From contig CBDCZH010000015.1 in NCBI GenBank assembly GCA_965224485.1, positions 1 to 64,000 of the forward strand: a DNA stretch of 64,000 nt. The letters are read 5' to 3'. The notes below the pieces were generated by a model. The model searched no databases, had not been told where the DNA came from, and worked only from the letters and a program-made list of their open reading frames with translations. Below are positions 33,185-45,352 of the stretch, piece by piece (the stretch's first letter is position 1; each line of letters starts with the position of its first letter). The stretch is from Arcobacteraceae bacterium (GTDB lineage: Bacteria; Campylobacterota; Campylobacteria; Campylobacterales; Arcobacteraceae). A program made the position numbers and the translations under genes.

Positions 33185-34366
33185 TTACACATTAATCACT
33201 TCTTGCATGCTCCAAAGAGGTACAAAAATCGATAAAATCACCCATAAAATTAAAAACATTATGCTAATAAAAAAAATAGGTTCTATTAAAGACGAAAAAT
33301 CTTTTATACTTTTATTAAAATTATATTCATATATTTTAACAACTTCATTAATTGTAAGATTTAAAGAAGAACTTTTAACTCCCGTATCAATAAGACTTAA
33401 TACAATACCATCAAAGATATTAGAATTTTTAAAACAAGTACTTATATCCAACCCACTTTTAAGCTGTGTATTTATATTCGTAATTCTATCTAATAAAAAT
33501 TTATTTTTAAGTAAAAGCATTGAATTTTCTAAAGAAAAAGTGAAATCATACTTTGCTTTTAACAATATATTTAAAGAAGTGAAAAAATTATACAATTCAT
33601 ACATTAAAATTAGTTTTCCTAAAAAAGGAATTTTAAGAATAAGACTATCTAGAAAAAAACAAAATCTCTTATTATTTTTATATAAAAAACTAAAAACATA
33701 ATAAAATACAATCATACTAATTAAAACAAGTAAAAAGTAAGAGAAAAGAAAGTCTTTAGTACTAAGTAAAAGTTTAGTTGCCAGTGGCAGTTTCATTTTA
33801 TACTCAGTAAAAATATATTCAAACTTAGGTATTACAATTGTAAAAATCATTATAAGAGATAAAATAAAAGATATTAATACAAACATAGGATAAGATAGTT
33901 TTGCAATAATTAATTTTTTGTTATCATATTTTTGTTGTAATATGTTTCTAATTGCTTCTACTATATCTTGTAAATTACCTTTTTTAGCTCCTAATTTAAA
34001 AAAATATATTATTTCATAATCTATTATATTTCTAAACTCTTCTAAAGCTTTATGAACCTCTTTTCCACTATTTATAGCATTTTTTATAGCTAATAATAAA
34101 TTTTTTATTTCTTTATGATAAGAATTTTTTAAAAGTATTTCAATTGCATCCATAAACAATATTTTTGCATTTAACATAATATATAATTGAGAAAAGAGAT
34201 TTAATAATTCTACATCTTTAATCTTCTTTTTGTAAAAGATATTTTTAAATTGATATATGCGTTTTATTTTTATAATATCCTTAGAAAAATCTTTTATTTC
34301 AAATTCATTTAAAACCTTTGTTTTAATTTCTTTATTATCTTGATAATATACTTTATAATTTCTCAT
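33185..34366 (-). CDS. Type II secretion/pilus platform protein (GspF/PilC family)
   Basis: Two T2SSF-like halves, LSYP..IPKF, LPLATK, IEP..IFVPLW. Confidence 0.88.
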   Translation of the reverse strand: MRNYKVYYQDNKEIKTKVLNEFEIKDFSKDIIKIKRIYQFKNIFYKKKIKDVELLNLFSQLYIMLNAKILFMDAIEILLKNSYHKEIKNLLLAIKNAINSGKEVHKALEEFRNIIDYEIIYFFKLGAKKGNLQDIVEAIRNILQQKYDNKKLIIAKLSYPMFVLISFILSLIMIFTIVIPKFEYIFTEYKMKLPLATKLLLSTKDFLFSYFLLVLISMIVFYYVFSFLYKNNKRFCFFLDSLILKIPFLGKLILMYELYNFFTSLNILLKAKYDFTFSLENSMLLLKNKFLLDRITNINTQLKSGLDISTCFKNSNIFDGIVLSLIDTGVKSSSLNLTINEVVKIYEYNFNKSIKDFSSLIEPIFFISIMFLILWVILSIFVPLWSMQEVINV

Positions 34367-35691
34367 TAAATAACTTTATAAACTTCTTCATAAGTTGTTA
34401 ATTTATCTTCTATTTTCTTTTTTGCATCATCTTCTAAACTCTTAAAGTTTTTAGTTTTCAAGTATTCTTTTATCTCTTCATATGAACTATTTTTGCTAAT
34501 TAGAAAACTAAGAGTAGAATCAATGTTTAAAACCTCACTTATCATAACTCTACCTTGAAACTTAGTATAATTACAAGCTTCGCAACCTTTAAGACAAGAA
34601 CAAAGTTTAAGAACTAATCTTTGAGCAATAATAGTTTTTAAAGTGTTTGAAATCAAAAAAGGTTTTGCTTTTAAGTCATATAATCTATTAATTGTAGAAA
34701 TAGAATCATTTGTATGTAAAGTACTTAATACTAAATGCCCAGTTAGTGCCGCTTGAATTGCCAAAGAAAGAGATTTCTCATCTCTTATTTCTCCTATAAA
34801 GATTATATCTGGGTCTTGTCGTAGTATATCTTTTAAGATTTTAGAGAAACTAAGACCTATTTCATTATTTATAGGAATTTGCTGTATTCCTTTAATTTGG
34901 TATTCAATAGGATCCTCAACTGTAATAATTTTTTTAGATGAATTATTTAATTCACTTAAAATTGAGTATAAAGTTGTAGTTTTACCACTTCCTGTTGGTC
35001 CAGTTACTAAAATCAAACCTCTATTTTGTAAAATTGATTTTTTAATTAAAAGAAGATTATCTTCCAAGAATCCGATTTTATTTAAATTTTTTTCTATTGT
35101 AAATTCATTTAAAATTCTTATAACAAGAGATTCACCTAAAATTGTAGGCATGAAAGAGACTCTAAAATCATACTTCTTAGCATCTAAAAAAGAAGAGAAA
35201 CGCCCATTTTGAGGAAGTCTACTTAGAGTTAGGTCAAGTTTTGCTTTAAGCTTAATATATGAAGACAATTGATAAAAATATTTTTTTTCATATCTTGCAA
35301 ATACTTTCAAACTTCCATCAATTCTAAATCTAACAATAAAACTCTCTTCACAACTTTCAAAATGAATATCACTAGAATTCTTACTAAGTGCAAAGATTAA
35401 AAGAAGTGAAAGAAACTCTTTTATATCAAAGTCATTTTTACTTAATAATAAAGTATATAAATTATTTTGAATATCAATATTACTTAGATAAAATAGTAAT
35501 TCATCTTCTTTTACTTTAATTGTTTTTATGCTTTCTTTATTTAATACAGTTAAATTACTATTTTTGCAAACTGCAAATTTTGTATATATTTCATATGAAT
35601 GTATTGGAAATATTTTATTAGCAAATAAATATTTATACTCATAGTTTAGAACTAAAGAATAATCAATAAGTTCTTCATCTAAACTATTCAT
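34366..35691 (-). CDS. GspE/PulE/PilB family ATPase
   Basis: SDIHFE, RFRIDG, GPTGSGKTTT, TVEDPIEY, LRQDPD, TGHLVLSTLH. Confidence 0.93.
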   Translation of the reverse strand: MNSLDEELIDYSLVLNYEYKYLFANKIFPIHSYEIYTKFAVCKNSNLTVLNKESIKTIKVKEDELLFYLSNIDIQNNLYTLLLSKNDFDIKEFLSLLLIFALSKNSSDIHFESCEESFIVRFRIDGSLKVFARYEKKYFYQLSSYIKLKAKLDLTLSRLPQNGRFSSFLDAKKYDFRVSFMPTILGESLVIRILNEFTIEKNLNKIGFLEDNLLLIKKSILQNRGLILVTGPTGSGKTTTLYSILSELNNSSKKIITVEDPIEYQIKGIQQIPINNEIGLSFSKILKDILRQDPDIIFIGEIRDEKSLSLAIQAALTGHLVLSTLHTNDSISTINRLYDLKAKPFLISNTLKTIIAQRLVLKLCSCLKGCEACNYTKFQGRVMISEVLNIDSTLSFLISKNSSYEEIKEYLKTKNFKSLEDDAKKKIEDKLTTYEEVYKVI

Positions 35692-36373
35692 CTAGGTATA
35701 ACTTAATTTTTTCACTTGTAAGATTTTTTTTTAATTCTATATAGTTTCTTTGTATCTTAATAAGTTTATAATCTTTATAAAATTCATTTATCTTAAGCCA
35801 TTTTGTATTTAACAAAACATTATTTCCAATTATTGCATAAAGTTTATCTTCCTTTTTAATACTTAATCTTGCCTCATATTCTTGTAACTCTAAGAGATTC
35901 TTAGCAAAAAGTTTATCATCAAAAATTTTATTAGATAAATTTTTTTTCAAAACAAGAGTTATTTCAAGATTTTTTTCTTTGCTATTATTTAAATCTTTTA
36001 TAGTAAAGTTTTTTATTAATAAATTAGAATAATTAGTCTCACAATATTTAATAAACTTCAATAAACTTTTTAAATCACTTGATAAACTATATATTATTTT
36101 ATACTTAGAAATTTTTGTTTCTAATATTAAAAGTTTCTCTTTTTTAATATAGTTTTCAATATTAAAAGCTATTCTTAGATAGTTTTTTTTACCTGTAAGC
36201 CCAATTTTTATTTTATTTATTTTTTCTTTTAATATAAATATATTATTACTTATTTGACTATCTTTTTTATAAAAATACTTATTTGATATATATATACTAA
36301 AAATAGTAAGAAAAAATATTAGAACAAATATATTAAAAATATATTTTTGCATGTATTTCATAATCTGATCCAT
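35684..36373 (-). CDS. Hypothetical membrane-anchored protein of the T2SS/competence-like cluster
   Basis: N-terminal TM segment; overlaps neighbours in an operon; start uncertain. Confidence 0.65.
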   Translation of the reverse strand: MDQIMKYMQKYIFNIFVLIFFLTIFSIYISNKYFYKKDSQISNNIFILKEKINKIKIGLTGKKNYLRIAFNIENYIKKEKLLILETKISKYKIIYSLSSDLKSLLKFIKYCETNYSNLLIKNFTIKDLNNSKEKNLEITLVLKKNLSNKIFDDKLFAKNLLELQEYEARLSIKKEDKLYAIIGNNVLLNTKWLKINEFYKDYKLIKIQRNYIELKKNLTSEKIKLYLDE

Positions 36374-37226
36374 TCTTATTTATTGAACTAATAACACTAT
36401 TTTGATAATTTTTCATAAAATCATATAAAAAAATTCTTTTTTTTGAAATAATATCTAATGAAATATTCTTATTTTCAAATATTAATTTAGTTATTTTCAT
36501 ATCACTTTTTTGAATTTCCAAATATATATCTAATAATTTAAGAGATATGTAGTTTTTATTCTTTTTTTCTTTTTGTAAGTTTTTATATTCATTATGTAAA
36601 GAGTTTAAAATATTTTTATTTTTCGTAAAAAATAAATTATTTGAATAATAAAAAAGAAAGAAACAAAGACATAAAATAATTAACAAAAACTTAAATGAAA
36701 AAAAAGAAGTTTTACTTATATATAAAGTTTTACTCTCAAAACTATTTATATTAAACTTACTTTTAAATTCATTTAAAGTATTTTCTTCTATTAGATACTC
36801 TTTTTTTATAATTAAAAAAAACTTTTTTTCTAAAAAACTTTTAATTTCACTACCAGTCATTTCATTTGATTTTTTTTGATAATAATAAATCTCACTATTC
36901 TTAAATAAAACAAAATAGTCTTGCAATAAACATAAAACATAATTATCTTCAGTAGTATTATTAAAATTATCATTAAGACTATTTATATGTGAACATATCA
37001 ACTCAAACTCTAATATAGGTTTTTTGTTTTTTGTTTTAAATGTTGAAATTTGATAATAATTAGCTTGTTTTAAATATGTATAGAATATCTTACTATTAGA
37101 ATATAGTTTAATATTATTTTTTTTTAAAGAAGTAAGCAAAAACTCATTTAGCACTTCTTCTAAAATCTCAGATTTTACTTTTATTAGAGTAGAAAAGATA
37201 TCTTTTGGTTTTATAAAATAATCCAT
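36333..37226 (-). CDS. Hypothetical membrane protein (possible PilN/GspL-like)
   Basis: Single internal TM followed by a coiled coil; first gene of the cluster. Confidence 0.6.
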   Translation of the reverse strand: MDYFIKPKDIFSTLIKVKSEILEEVLNEFLLTSLKKNNIKLYSNSKIFYTYLKQANYYQISTFKTKNKKPILEFELICSHINSLNDNFNNTTEDNYVLCLLQDYFVLFKNSEIYYYQKKSNEMTGSEIKSFLEKKFFLIIKKEYLIEENTLNEFKSKFNINSFESKTLYISKTSFFSFKFLLIILCLCFFLFYYSNNLFFTKNKNILNSLHNEYKNLQKEKKNKNYISLKLLDIYLEIQKSDMKITKLIFENKNISLDIISKKRIFLYDFMKNYQNSVISSINKNGSDYEIHAKIYF

Positions 37227-37400
37227 AAGTAATAATATAATTTCTTTTATTATTAATAGCTTAAAATAGAATATTCTTTATATTAATTTTATTTTTATAA
37301 TTTCATATAATTATGAGTTAGAATTACAAAGAGTTAAAGAATAGTAAGTTTAGAAAAGATATTAAGTTAAAAAACTTAGTTTAGGATTGTTTCTTCTTAG

Positions 37401-37425
37401 ACCTAGGAGCTATTAGCTCCTAGGT
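37401..37425 (-). terminator. Hairpin downstream of era
   Basis: Perfect inverted repeat acctaggagcta-t-tagctcctaggt. Confidence 0.6.
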
Positions 37426-37436
37426 ATCATAGACAA

Positions 37437-38318
37437 CTAATCTATATCATATCCTAGTTCTTGTAAACCAGCTTTATTTTTAGTCCAACCTTTTTTAATA
37501 GAAACAAAAAGTTCTAAGTATACTTTTCTTCCAGTAAGTTTTTCTATTTTAAGTCTAGCATCTTTTCCAATTCTTTTAATTGCAGCAGCATTTTTTCCAA
37601 TAATCATACCTTTTTGAGTAGATTTTTGAACAATTATTGTAGCTTTTATTACATCAAGATTATTTTTTTCATCAACTTTATTAATTAAAACATCTGTTTC
37701 ATAAGGAATTTCATCAGAGATATTATCAAAAATTGCTTCTCTTATAAACTCTTTAAAAATAGTTCTTAAGTGTTCAGTTGTCATAATATCAGGATCAAAT
37801 AAATAAGGATGTACTGGTAAATATTTTATAACATCATCTAAAATATCATCATGAGTAGTTGCTTTTTTAATAGAAACTGGAATAATAGCTTCATATTTAT
37901 CACTAAAACTCTCATACTCTTTCATTTTATTTAATACTTCTTCATTTGAAACAAAATCTATTTTTGTTAAAAGAAGAATATGTTTTACATTTTTTTTGTT
38001 TTTTACTAAAAAATCTTCATAATGAGAAACTTTATCCGTAACAGGAGCTAAGAATAAAATTAAATCACAATCACCCATTGCTTTTAGAGCTTCTTCTAAC
38101 ATATAAATATTTAAAAGTTTTTCTGTTTGATGAAGACCTGGAGTATCTACAAAGATTATTTGATTCTCTTTGTGCATTACTATTATGTTCGATCTTTTTC
38201 TTGTTGCATTTGCTTTATGAGAAACCATTGCTATTTTTTCGCCAACTAACCAGTTAACTAATGAACTTTTTCCAGCATTAGGACGCCCTACTACTGATAC
38301 ATATCCACATTTTGTCAT
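37437..38318 (-). CDS. era: GTPase Era
   Basis: GRPNAGKSS, DTPG, EIPY, KH domain with IIGK..IKRIG. Confidence 0.97.
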   Translation of the reverse strand: MTKCGYVSVVGRPNAGKSSLVNWLVGEKIAMVSHKANATRKRSNIIVMHKENQIIFVDTPGLHQTEKLLNIYMLEEALKAMGDCDLILFLAPVTDKVSHYEDFLVKNKKNVKHILLLTKIDFVSNEEVLNKMKEYESFSDKYEAIIPVSIKKATTHDDILDDVIKYLPVHPYLFDPDIMTTEHLRTIFKEFIREAIFDNISDEIPYETDVLINKVDEKNNLDVIKATIIVQKSTQKGMIIGKNAAAIKRIGKDARLKIEKLTGRKVYLELFVSIKKGWTKNKAGLQELGYDID

Positions 38319-38398
38319 TTTATTCCTTTTATAAGGGTGTTTTATACTATATAACACCTGTAATCAATTACAAGATAAATACTTAACTTGTAAAACCT

Positions 38399-39908
38399 CT
38401 ATCTTTTTCTAAAACTTAAAGCTTGTAATAGATGTTTTTTTTCAATTTTTAAAGAAGAATCTAAATCTGCGATTGTTCTTGAAATTTTTAAAACTTTATT
38501 TATGGCTCTAAATGATAATTGGAAGTTTACAATAGCTTGATTTAAAACCTTATTGCTTGGCTCATCTAATATACAAAACTTATTAATTTCTTTATCATTT
38601 AGTTTTCCATTTAATTCACTCTGACCTCTATTTTTTTTGCATAATAAAAGAATTTAGTACTTTTTCATACATTAAAGATGAAGAAATATCAGTTTTCTGC
38701 TCATAATCAACTTCATTCATAGTAACAAATAAATCAATTCTGTCTAAAAAAGGTTCAGATAACTTTGATTTATATTTTTTTATTTCTAAATCAGAGCAAA
38801 TACAGTTTTTGTTTAAACTTAGTAAATTACCACAAGCACAGGGGTTTTGAGCTGCTATAAATAAAAACTTTGTGGGATAATTTATTTTTGAATTTACTCT
38901 TGAGATTAAAATATTATAATCTTCTAAAGGTTCTCGAAGAGCTTCTAAAACCATTTTTGCAAAATGAGGCAATTCATCAAAAAAAAGTATTCCATTATTT
39001 GCAAGTGCCACTTCCCCTATTTTAGCACTAAGACTCCCTCCTCCAAAAATTGAAGCTTTTGTTGAAGTATGATGAGGATTTCTAAAAACAACTTTAGGTG
39101 AGAAATCTGGTTCTCTTAATTCTAGTGAATCTAGTTTTGCTTTTTGTAAAATATCTTCTATACATAAAGGAGGCATTATATATTGCATTCGTTTACTTAT
39201 CATAGATTTACCACAACCAGGACTTCCTGTAAATAAAATATTGTGATTTCCACAAACAGATATAAGAGCTGCTTGTTTCGCTAGCTGCTGTCCTTTTACT
39301 TCTTTAAAATCATATAGAAATTCTTCCTCATAAAAGTACTCTTTTTCTTTAAGTACAATTTTTTTATATTTAAAATCAATATTTTTAACCCTATTATTTT
39401 CTTTATTATTAAAGGTAAAAAAATCACAAGCTTGTGAAAATGTTTTAACACAGTAAATATTTATATTTGGGATTTTTGACACTTTTTCATAAGACTCATA
39501 GGGAATAAGAACATTTTTTAGTAATTTTTGTTCAACAAGTGATAAAATTATTGCAAACATAGTTTTAGTATCTTTTAATTTTCCATCTAAACCAAGTTCA
39601 GCAAAAACATAAAAATCTTCAAATGATACTTTTTTATCATATAAAGCAATTAAAAGAGCGATTCCTAAATCAAAATGCGTTCCAGATTTATTTATATCAG
39701 AAGGAGATAGATTAATGGTAATTTTTTTAGGGGGAAATTTATAATCATTTGTTAATAGGGCTGATTTAACTCTATCACGTGATTCTTGTATGGAAGAACT
39801 TACAAGGCCAACGATTGAGAAAGAGGGAAGACCTTTAGTAAAGGATGCTTCAACATCAATACTAATAGCTTCTAAAGAGTTAATACAAGCAGCTTTTAAA
39901 AGTTTCAT
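38399..39908 (-). CDS. comM: YifB/ComM Mg-chelatase-like AAA+ ATPase (one frameshift near 38630, probably a sequencing error)
   Basis: ESRDRV, INLSPSD..K.G..FDL, GSPGCGKS, PHHTS, LREPLE; C-terminus (..ISRTIADL..HLLQALSFRKR) continues in another frame after an A run. Confidence 0.88.
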
Positions 39909-39972
39909 AAACAATCCAATAAATAATTTATTAAATTATAATATCTTTTTGCTTTATGTTTTTATAAAAAAA

Positions 39973-40488
39973 CTATAATCTCTCTTTTAAAGCTCTTTTC
40001 CAATCTTTTTCGAATTTTTTTCTTTTGTTTAATGATAGTTTCTCAATAAAAAGATGTCCTTCTAAATGATCTAATTCATGTTGCCAAGCAACAGCTAAAA
40101 AATCACTTGTTTCAAGAATTATTTTATTTCCATTTCTATCATAATATTCAACTATAATATCTTGTGCTCTTTTTATATCTTCATTAAACCCAGGAACACT
40201 TAAACAACCCTCAGTAAAAATCTGAACTCCATTTTTATATGTTATTTTTGGATTAATAGCTTCTATTAAATTTTCTTTTTCTTGCATGTTTTCTTCATCT
40301 GGTGCATTAATAATTAAAACATTTAAAGGAATTGAAACTTGAATAGCTGCTAAACCTACACCCTCATGAGAGAGCATAGTTTCATACATATCATCTAATA
40401 AAGTGTGAAGTTCATTATCGAACTTCACAACATCATGTGATTTTGTTCTAAGTAGTGGGTTTGGGTAAGTTATTACATCTCTAATCAT
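39973..40488 (-). CDS. def: Peptide deformylase
   Basis: GVGLAAIQ, EGCLSVP, QHELDHL. Confidence 0.98.
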   Translation of the reverse strand: MIRDVITYPNPLLRTKSHDVVKFDNELHTLLDDMYETMLSHEGVGLAAIQVSIPLNVLIINAPDEENMQEKENLIEAINPKITYKNGVQIFTEGCLSVPGFNEDIKRAQDIIVEYYDRNGNKIILETSDFLAVAWQHELDHLEGHLFIEKLSLNKRKKFEKDWKRALKERL

Positions 40489-41072
40489 TATTTATGACTT
40501 TTAATAACCTCATCAATTAAACCATAAGAACAAGCTTCAGAAGCAGACATAAAATTATCTCTGTCTGTATCTTTTTCAATAGTTTTAATATCTTGACCTG
40601 TTTGTTCTGCAATCATAGCATTTAAACTATCTTTCATTCTTTGAATTTCAGCAGCCTGAATCTGAATATCAGTAGCTTGCCCTTGTGCTCCACCTAAAGG
40701 TTGGTGAATCATAATTCTTGAGTTTGGAAGTGAATATCTTTTGCCTTTTTGCCCAGCTGATAATAAGAATGCACCCATAGAAGCTGCTTGTCCAATACAA
40801 ATCGTACTAACATCAGCTTTTATATAGTTCATCGTATCATAAATAGACATACCACTAGTAATTACTCCACCTGGAGAGTTAATATATAAATAAATATCTT
40901 TTTCTGGATCTTCTGCATCAAGAAAAAGAAGTTGTGCAACAATAGTTGAAGCAACAGCATCATTTATTTCACCACTTAACATAATAATTCTATCTTTTAA
41001 CAATCGAGAGTAGATATCGTAAGATCTCTCACCTCGACCAGTTTTTTCAACTACATATGGGATATAACTCAT
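40488..41072 (-). CDS. clpP: ATP-dependent Clp protease proteolytic subunit
   Basis: [26 protein letters not shown]. Confidence 0.98.
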   Translation of the reverse strand: MSYIPYVVEKTGRGERSYDIYSRLLKDRIIMLSGEINDAVASTIVAQLLFLDAEDPEKDIYLYINSPGGVITSGMSIYDTMNYIKADVSTICIGQAASMGAFLLSAGQKGKRYSLPNSRIMIHQPLGGAQGQATDIQIQAAEIQRMKDSLNAMIAEQTGQDIKTIEKDTDRDNFMSASEACSYGLIDEVIKSHK

Positions 41073-41091
41073 AGTATATTTTCCTATTCTT

Positions 41092-42393
41092 TTATTTAGC
41101 TAATTTTTCGTCTAATAATTTAGTAATAACTTTTTCTTCAATCATTGACATTTTAATTGCAGGTAAATATCCAGCTTCTTGGTATTGTTTTAATACATCT
41201 TGAGGATTTTGACCCATTTGCATTGCTTCGTAATATATAACTTGAGAAACTTCTTGATCATTAATATCAACATTTTCAGCTTTTGCAAGTGCATCTACAA
41301 TAAAGGTAGCTCTAACTGCTGCTTGTGCATCTTCTTTAAGTTCATCTCTCATAGCATCTACTTTTTTAGCATCTTCTTGTAAAGCTTTAATCTCGTCTTC
41401 TTTCATATCTTTAACTTTGTTATTTAAAACCATGTTAATTTCTTGATCAACTACTGAAGTTGGAAGTGCAAAGTTTAAAGATCTAACTAAAGCATCTAAA
41501 TACTCAGGTTTTAACTCATCTCTATAATAAGTTGCTTTTTGTTCAGCTGTGATTTGTTCTTCAATTTTAGCTTTTAATGTATCTAAAGTTGCTTCTTTTT
41601 CACCTGGTAACATTTTTTTAGCAAACTCATCATCAAGCTCACCAGCTACTTTTTCTTGAATTTCATGTAAAGTTACTTTAAATGTAGCTTCTTTACCAGC
41701 TAAATCTTTTGATTGGTACTCTTTTGGGAAAGTAACAACAACGTCTTTACTTTCTTCATATTTCATACCAATAATTTGTTCTTCAAAACCTGGAATAAAA
41801 GAATTTGAACCAATTTGAAGTGCATAATTTTCACCCTTACCACCTTCAAATGCAACACCATCAACAAAACCTTCAAAATCAATTAAAGCATGATCTTGAT
41901 CTTTAGCAGCTCTTTTTCTTTTGATTTTACTTAAAGTTGCTCCTGATTTAGCCATATCTTCTAATCTATCAGTTACATCTTTAGCTTTAGCTTTTTTAGA
42001 CTCTACTTTTGGAAGTAAAGCTTTATAATCACCTAAATCAACTTCTGGCTTGCAAGCAACTTGTACTTCAATATCAATATCACCAGAATCTTTTTTCTCA
42101 AACTTAGTAACAGCTGGCTCACCAATTAAATTTTCATTTGCAATTTTAAGTTCTTCTAAACCTGCAGTTAATACTTCTCTTAAAGCATCACTTTCAGCAT
42201 CTTGAACTAATTTCTCACCATATCTTGCTTTTACAATATGTGTAGGAACCTTACCTTTTCTAAACCCTTGAACATCCATAGTTTTAGCAGCTTCTTTTGC
42301 TATTTTGTCAACATTTGTATCAATATCAGCTTTTTTTAGTGTAGCCGTTATAGTTACATTTGCTTCGTCAATTTTTTTTGCGTTAAATTTCAT
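41092..42393 (-). CDS. tig: Trigger factor
   Basis: GFRKGKVP signature, FKBP domain FIPGFEEQ; upstream of clpP. Confidence 0.97.
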   Translation of the reverse strand: MKFNAKKIDEANVTITATLKKADIDTNVDKIAKEAAKTMDVQGFRKGKVPTHIVKARYGEKLVQDAESDALREVLTAGLEELKIANENLIGEPAVTKFEKKDSGDIDIEVQVACKPEVDLGDYKALLPKVESKKAKAKDVTDRLEDMAKSGATLSKIKRKRAAKDQDHALIDFEGFVDGVAFEGGKGENYALQIGSNSFIPGFEEQIIGMKYEESKDVVVTFPKEYQSKDLAGKEATFKVTLHEIQEKVAGELDDEFAKKMLPGEKEATLDTLKAKIEEQITAEQKATYYRDELKPEYLDALVRSLNFALPTSVVDQEINMVLNNKVKDMKEDEIKALQEDAKKVDAMRDELKEDAQAAVRATFIVDALAKAENVDINDQEVSQVIYYEAMQMGQNPQDVLKQYQEAGYLPAIKMSMIEEKVITKLLDEKLAK

Positions 42394-42494
42394 TAAATTT
42401 ACTCCAATTATTATAATTTTGTGCGATTTTAGCTAAGTTTTACTAAAGCTTTAATAAAATTACTTTTTAAAAATCCTTAAATAAAGTCTTATTA

Positions 42495-44224
42495 ATGCAA
42501 TTTTTATACCAAAACGTACTATTTATGATGTTAGTTCCGATTCTTTTGTTAATTTTTTTAATTTCAACAAAAAAAGATTCTATGCAAAAAATATTTACAT
42601 TTGCTACTTTAGAAAAACTATTGGTCTCAAATAAACATATGACAAAAAGAGGAAGAAACATTCTTTTATTCCTAAGTTTAATCTTAATGTTAATAGCACT
42701 TGCAAGACCTGTTACAAATGAAAAAATACAAAGTTTTAAACAAGAAGTCACTCCAATAGTTGTAATAATTGATATTTCTAAATCTATGTTGGCAAGTGAT
42801 ATTTCACCAAGTAGACTTAAAATGGCAAAGTACAAACTACTTGAACTTATAAAACTTTCAAAAAACTCTGCTTTAGCTGTAGTATTGTTTGCTAAATCAG
42901 CTTTTATACTCTCTCCTATTACTCAAGACTTTAAATCTCTTAAGTATTTAGTAAATAATTTTGATGATACAAAAAACTTTGACAATGGTTCTAATATATT
43001 AGCTTCGCTTGAAGCTAGCAATAAACTTCTTAAGAATTATAAAAATAAAAATGTTCTTTTATTAAGTGATGGAGGAAGTAAAAAAGACTTTTCAATTGAG
43101 ATAGATTATGCAAATGAAAAAAATCTTAAAGTATATACATTAGCTCTTGCTACATCTAAAGCTACTCCTATTAAAATAAATGATGAGTATTTAACAAACA
43201 AAAATGGAGATATAGTAACTGTTGCTTTAAATGAAAATATAAAAGACTTATCTTTACAAACAAATGCAGCTTATATAAAATATGATATTTCAAATAAAGA
43301 CATAAGTACTATTTATAATGAAATAATTAGTTCAAGTTCAAAAGATGAGTTACAAGAGCAAAAATATAAGGTTTATACTGAACTATTTTATTATCCTCTT
43401 AGCTTAGGTATTTTATTTTTATTTTTAGCATTTTCTTCTTTTCCAAGTAAAAAAGCACTCTTAATTTTATTATCTTTGTTTTTAGCAAGTCAAAATAAAC
43501 TAGAAGCTTCTATTATGGATTTTAACACTATTAAAGAGGCAAATAAGCAATATCTAAATAAAGAGTATCAAAATGCTTCTAAAAGCTTTTCAAAGCTTAC
43601 TAGTACTAAAGAAGGACATTATAACTATGCTAATGCTTTATATAAAAACAAAAAGTATAAAAATGCTTTAAGTGAGTATAAAAAAGTGATAAGTTCCAAT
43701 AAAAACCTAGAGTTTAAAAAACTTCATAATATGGGAAATACCTATGTACAGTTAAAAGATTTACAAAATGCAAAAAAACTATATGAAAATGCCTTAAAGC
43801 TAGAAGAGAACAAAGAAACAAGAGAAAACTTAGAGTTCGTAAATAAACTCTTAAAAAAACAAAAAAAATAAAGACAAGAATAAAGATAAAAAAGATAAAA
43901 AAGATAAAAATAATAAAGATAATAAAGATAAAAAAGATAAAGACAAACAAGAGTCTAAAAAAGATTCTGATGAGAAAAAGAGTAAAGAGCAAAAAGATAA
44001 AGAAAACAAAGAAAATAAAAATTCTTCAAAGAAAAAAAGTCAAAAGAAAAGTGAAAAAGATAGTAAGAAAAGTAAAAGTCAGAATAATACAAAAGAAAAT
44101 AAAGATGAAATGAAGTGAATTAGAAGAGAAAAAATGGCTTAAAAAAATACAAAATCAAAAAAGTCCTATTTTACTTAGAAAATTCAACTCAAAGAGTGAG
44201 GAAAATATCTCAACTCCTTGGTAG
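42495..44224 (+). CDS. VWA + TPR protein (BatB/BatC-like) with a Lys/Asp-rich tail; frameshifts near 43865 and 44110
   Basis: IALARP, DISKSM, LLSDGG MIDAS; TPR YNYANALYK/HNMGN; tail continues in shifted frames to ..ISTPW*. Confidence 0.8.
43880..43941 (+). repeat. 9-bp coding tandem repeat (aa[a/t]aaagat)
   Basis: aataaagat aaaaaagat aaaaaagat aaaaat aataaagat aataaagat aaaaaagat. Confidence 0.7.
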
Positions 44225-44233
44225 TTAATATAT

Positions 44234-45348
44234 TTAGTAGTTTTGAGAATTTTCTCATTTGTAATAATTCTTTTTGAACAGAAATATTAATTGATTCATT
44301 TGCATCATAATTTAAAGAATAATTTTTTTCCATCATAATCAACAGAATTTAAAATAATTTTAATAGCTTCTATTCTTGCCTTATGTTTATTATCACTTCG
44401 CACAACATACCAAGGTGCACTTCTTGAATTTGTACGTCTAAGCATTTCATATTTTTTCTCAGAAAACTCACCCCATAAATCTTGCGCTTGCATATCTACT
44501 TCTGAAAACTTCCAATGTCTTAAAGGATCATTTATTCTTCTATCAAATCTAGCTTTTTGCTCTTCTTTTGAAACAGAAAAATAAAGTTTAATAAGCATCA
44601 TTCCTTGTCTTACTAAATCTTGCTCAAAATTAACAACATCTTCCATAAATATTTCATATTCTTCTTTTGTGCAAAAGCCAAAAATAGGCTCTACCATAGC
44701 TCTATTATACCAAGACCTATCAAATAAAACTATTTCTCCACCTGTTGGAAAGTGCTGTATATATCTCTGGAAGAACCATTGATTTTTTTGTGTATCTGTT
44801 GGTTTACCAAGTGCAACTATACGGTAATGCTTATTATTCATATATCTAGTAATTCGTCTAATAGCCCCACCTTTTCCAGAAGCATCTCGACCTTCAAATA
44901 AGATTATCATTCTTTTATTTTCAGCTTCTAAATAGTTTTGCAGTTTAATTAACTCTATTTGATATTTTTTTAGCTCTTCTAAATCATATATTTTTTGAAT
45001 ACCAGCTTGTAAAACATGAGAATCTAGTTTTTTATAATCTCCTATTAAAGATTTTAAAAACTCATTTTCTTCTTTTAAAAACTCTAGGGCTGAATTTTCC
45101 ACTAAGATTTTTTCACTAGGATTTATTTTAACTTCTTTAGCTTTAATAACCGAATCTTTAAAACTTTGAAGTAAAGTAACAGCTCCTTTTTTAGTAAGTT
45201 TATCTTTTTTTGTATAACCTAAAACTTTTACATATCTTTTTTTATCATATTGAAATCTGGCAATATATTTTTTTCCAAAACTTATATGTGTAGCTTTTGA
45301 AATATATAAACCAGCAAAATTTGTTCTATCAAAATCACTTAAATTCAT
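44234..45348 (-). CDS. ppk2: Polyphosphate kinase 2 with N-terminal extension (3' end frameshifted)
   Basis: FEGRDASGKGG, FDRSWYNR, WKFSEVD; tail continues ..SVQKELLQMR in a shifted frame. Confidence 0.92.
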
Positions 45349-45352
45349 TTAT

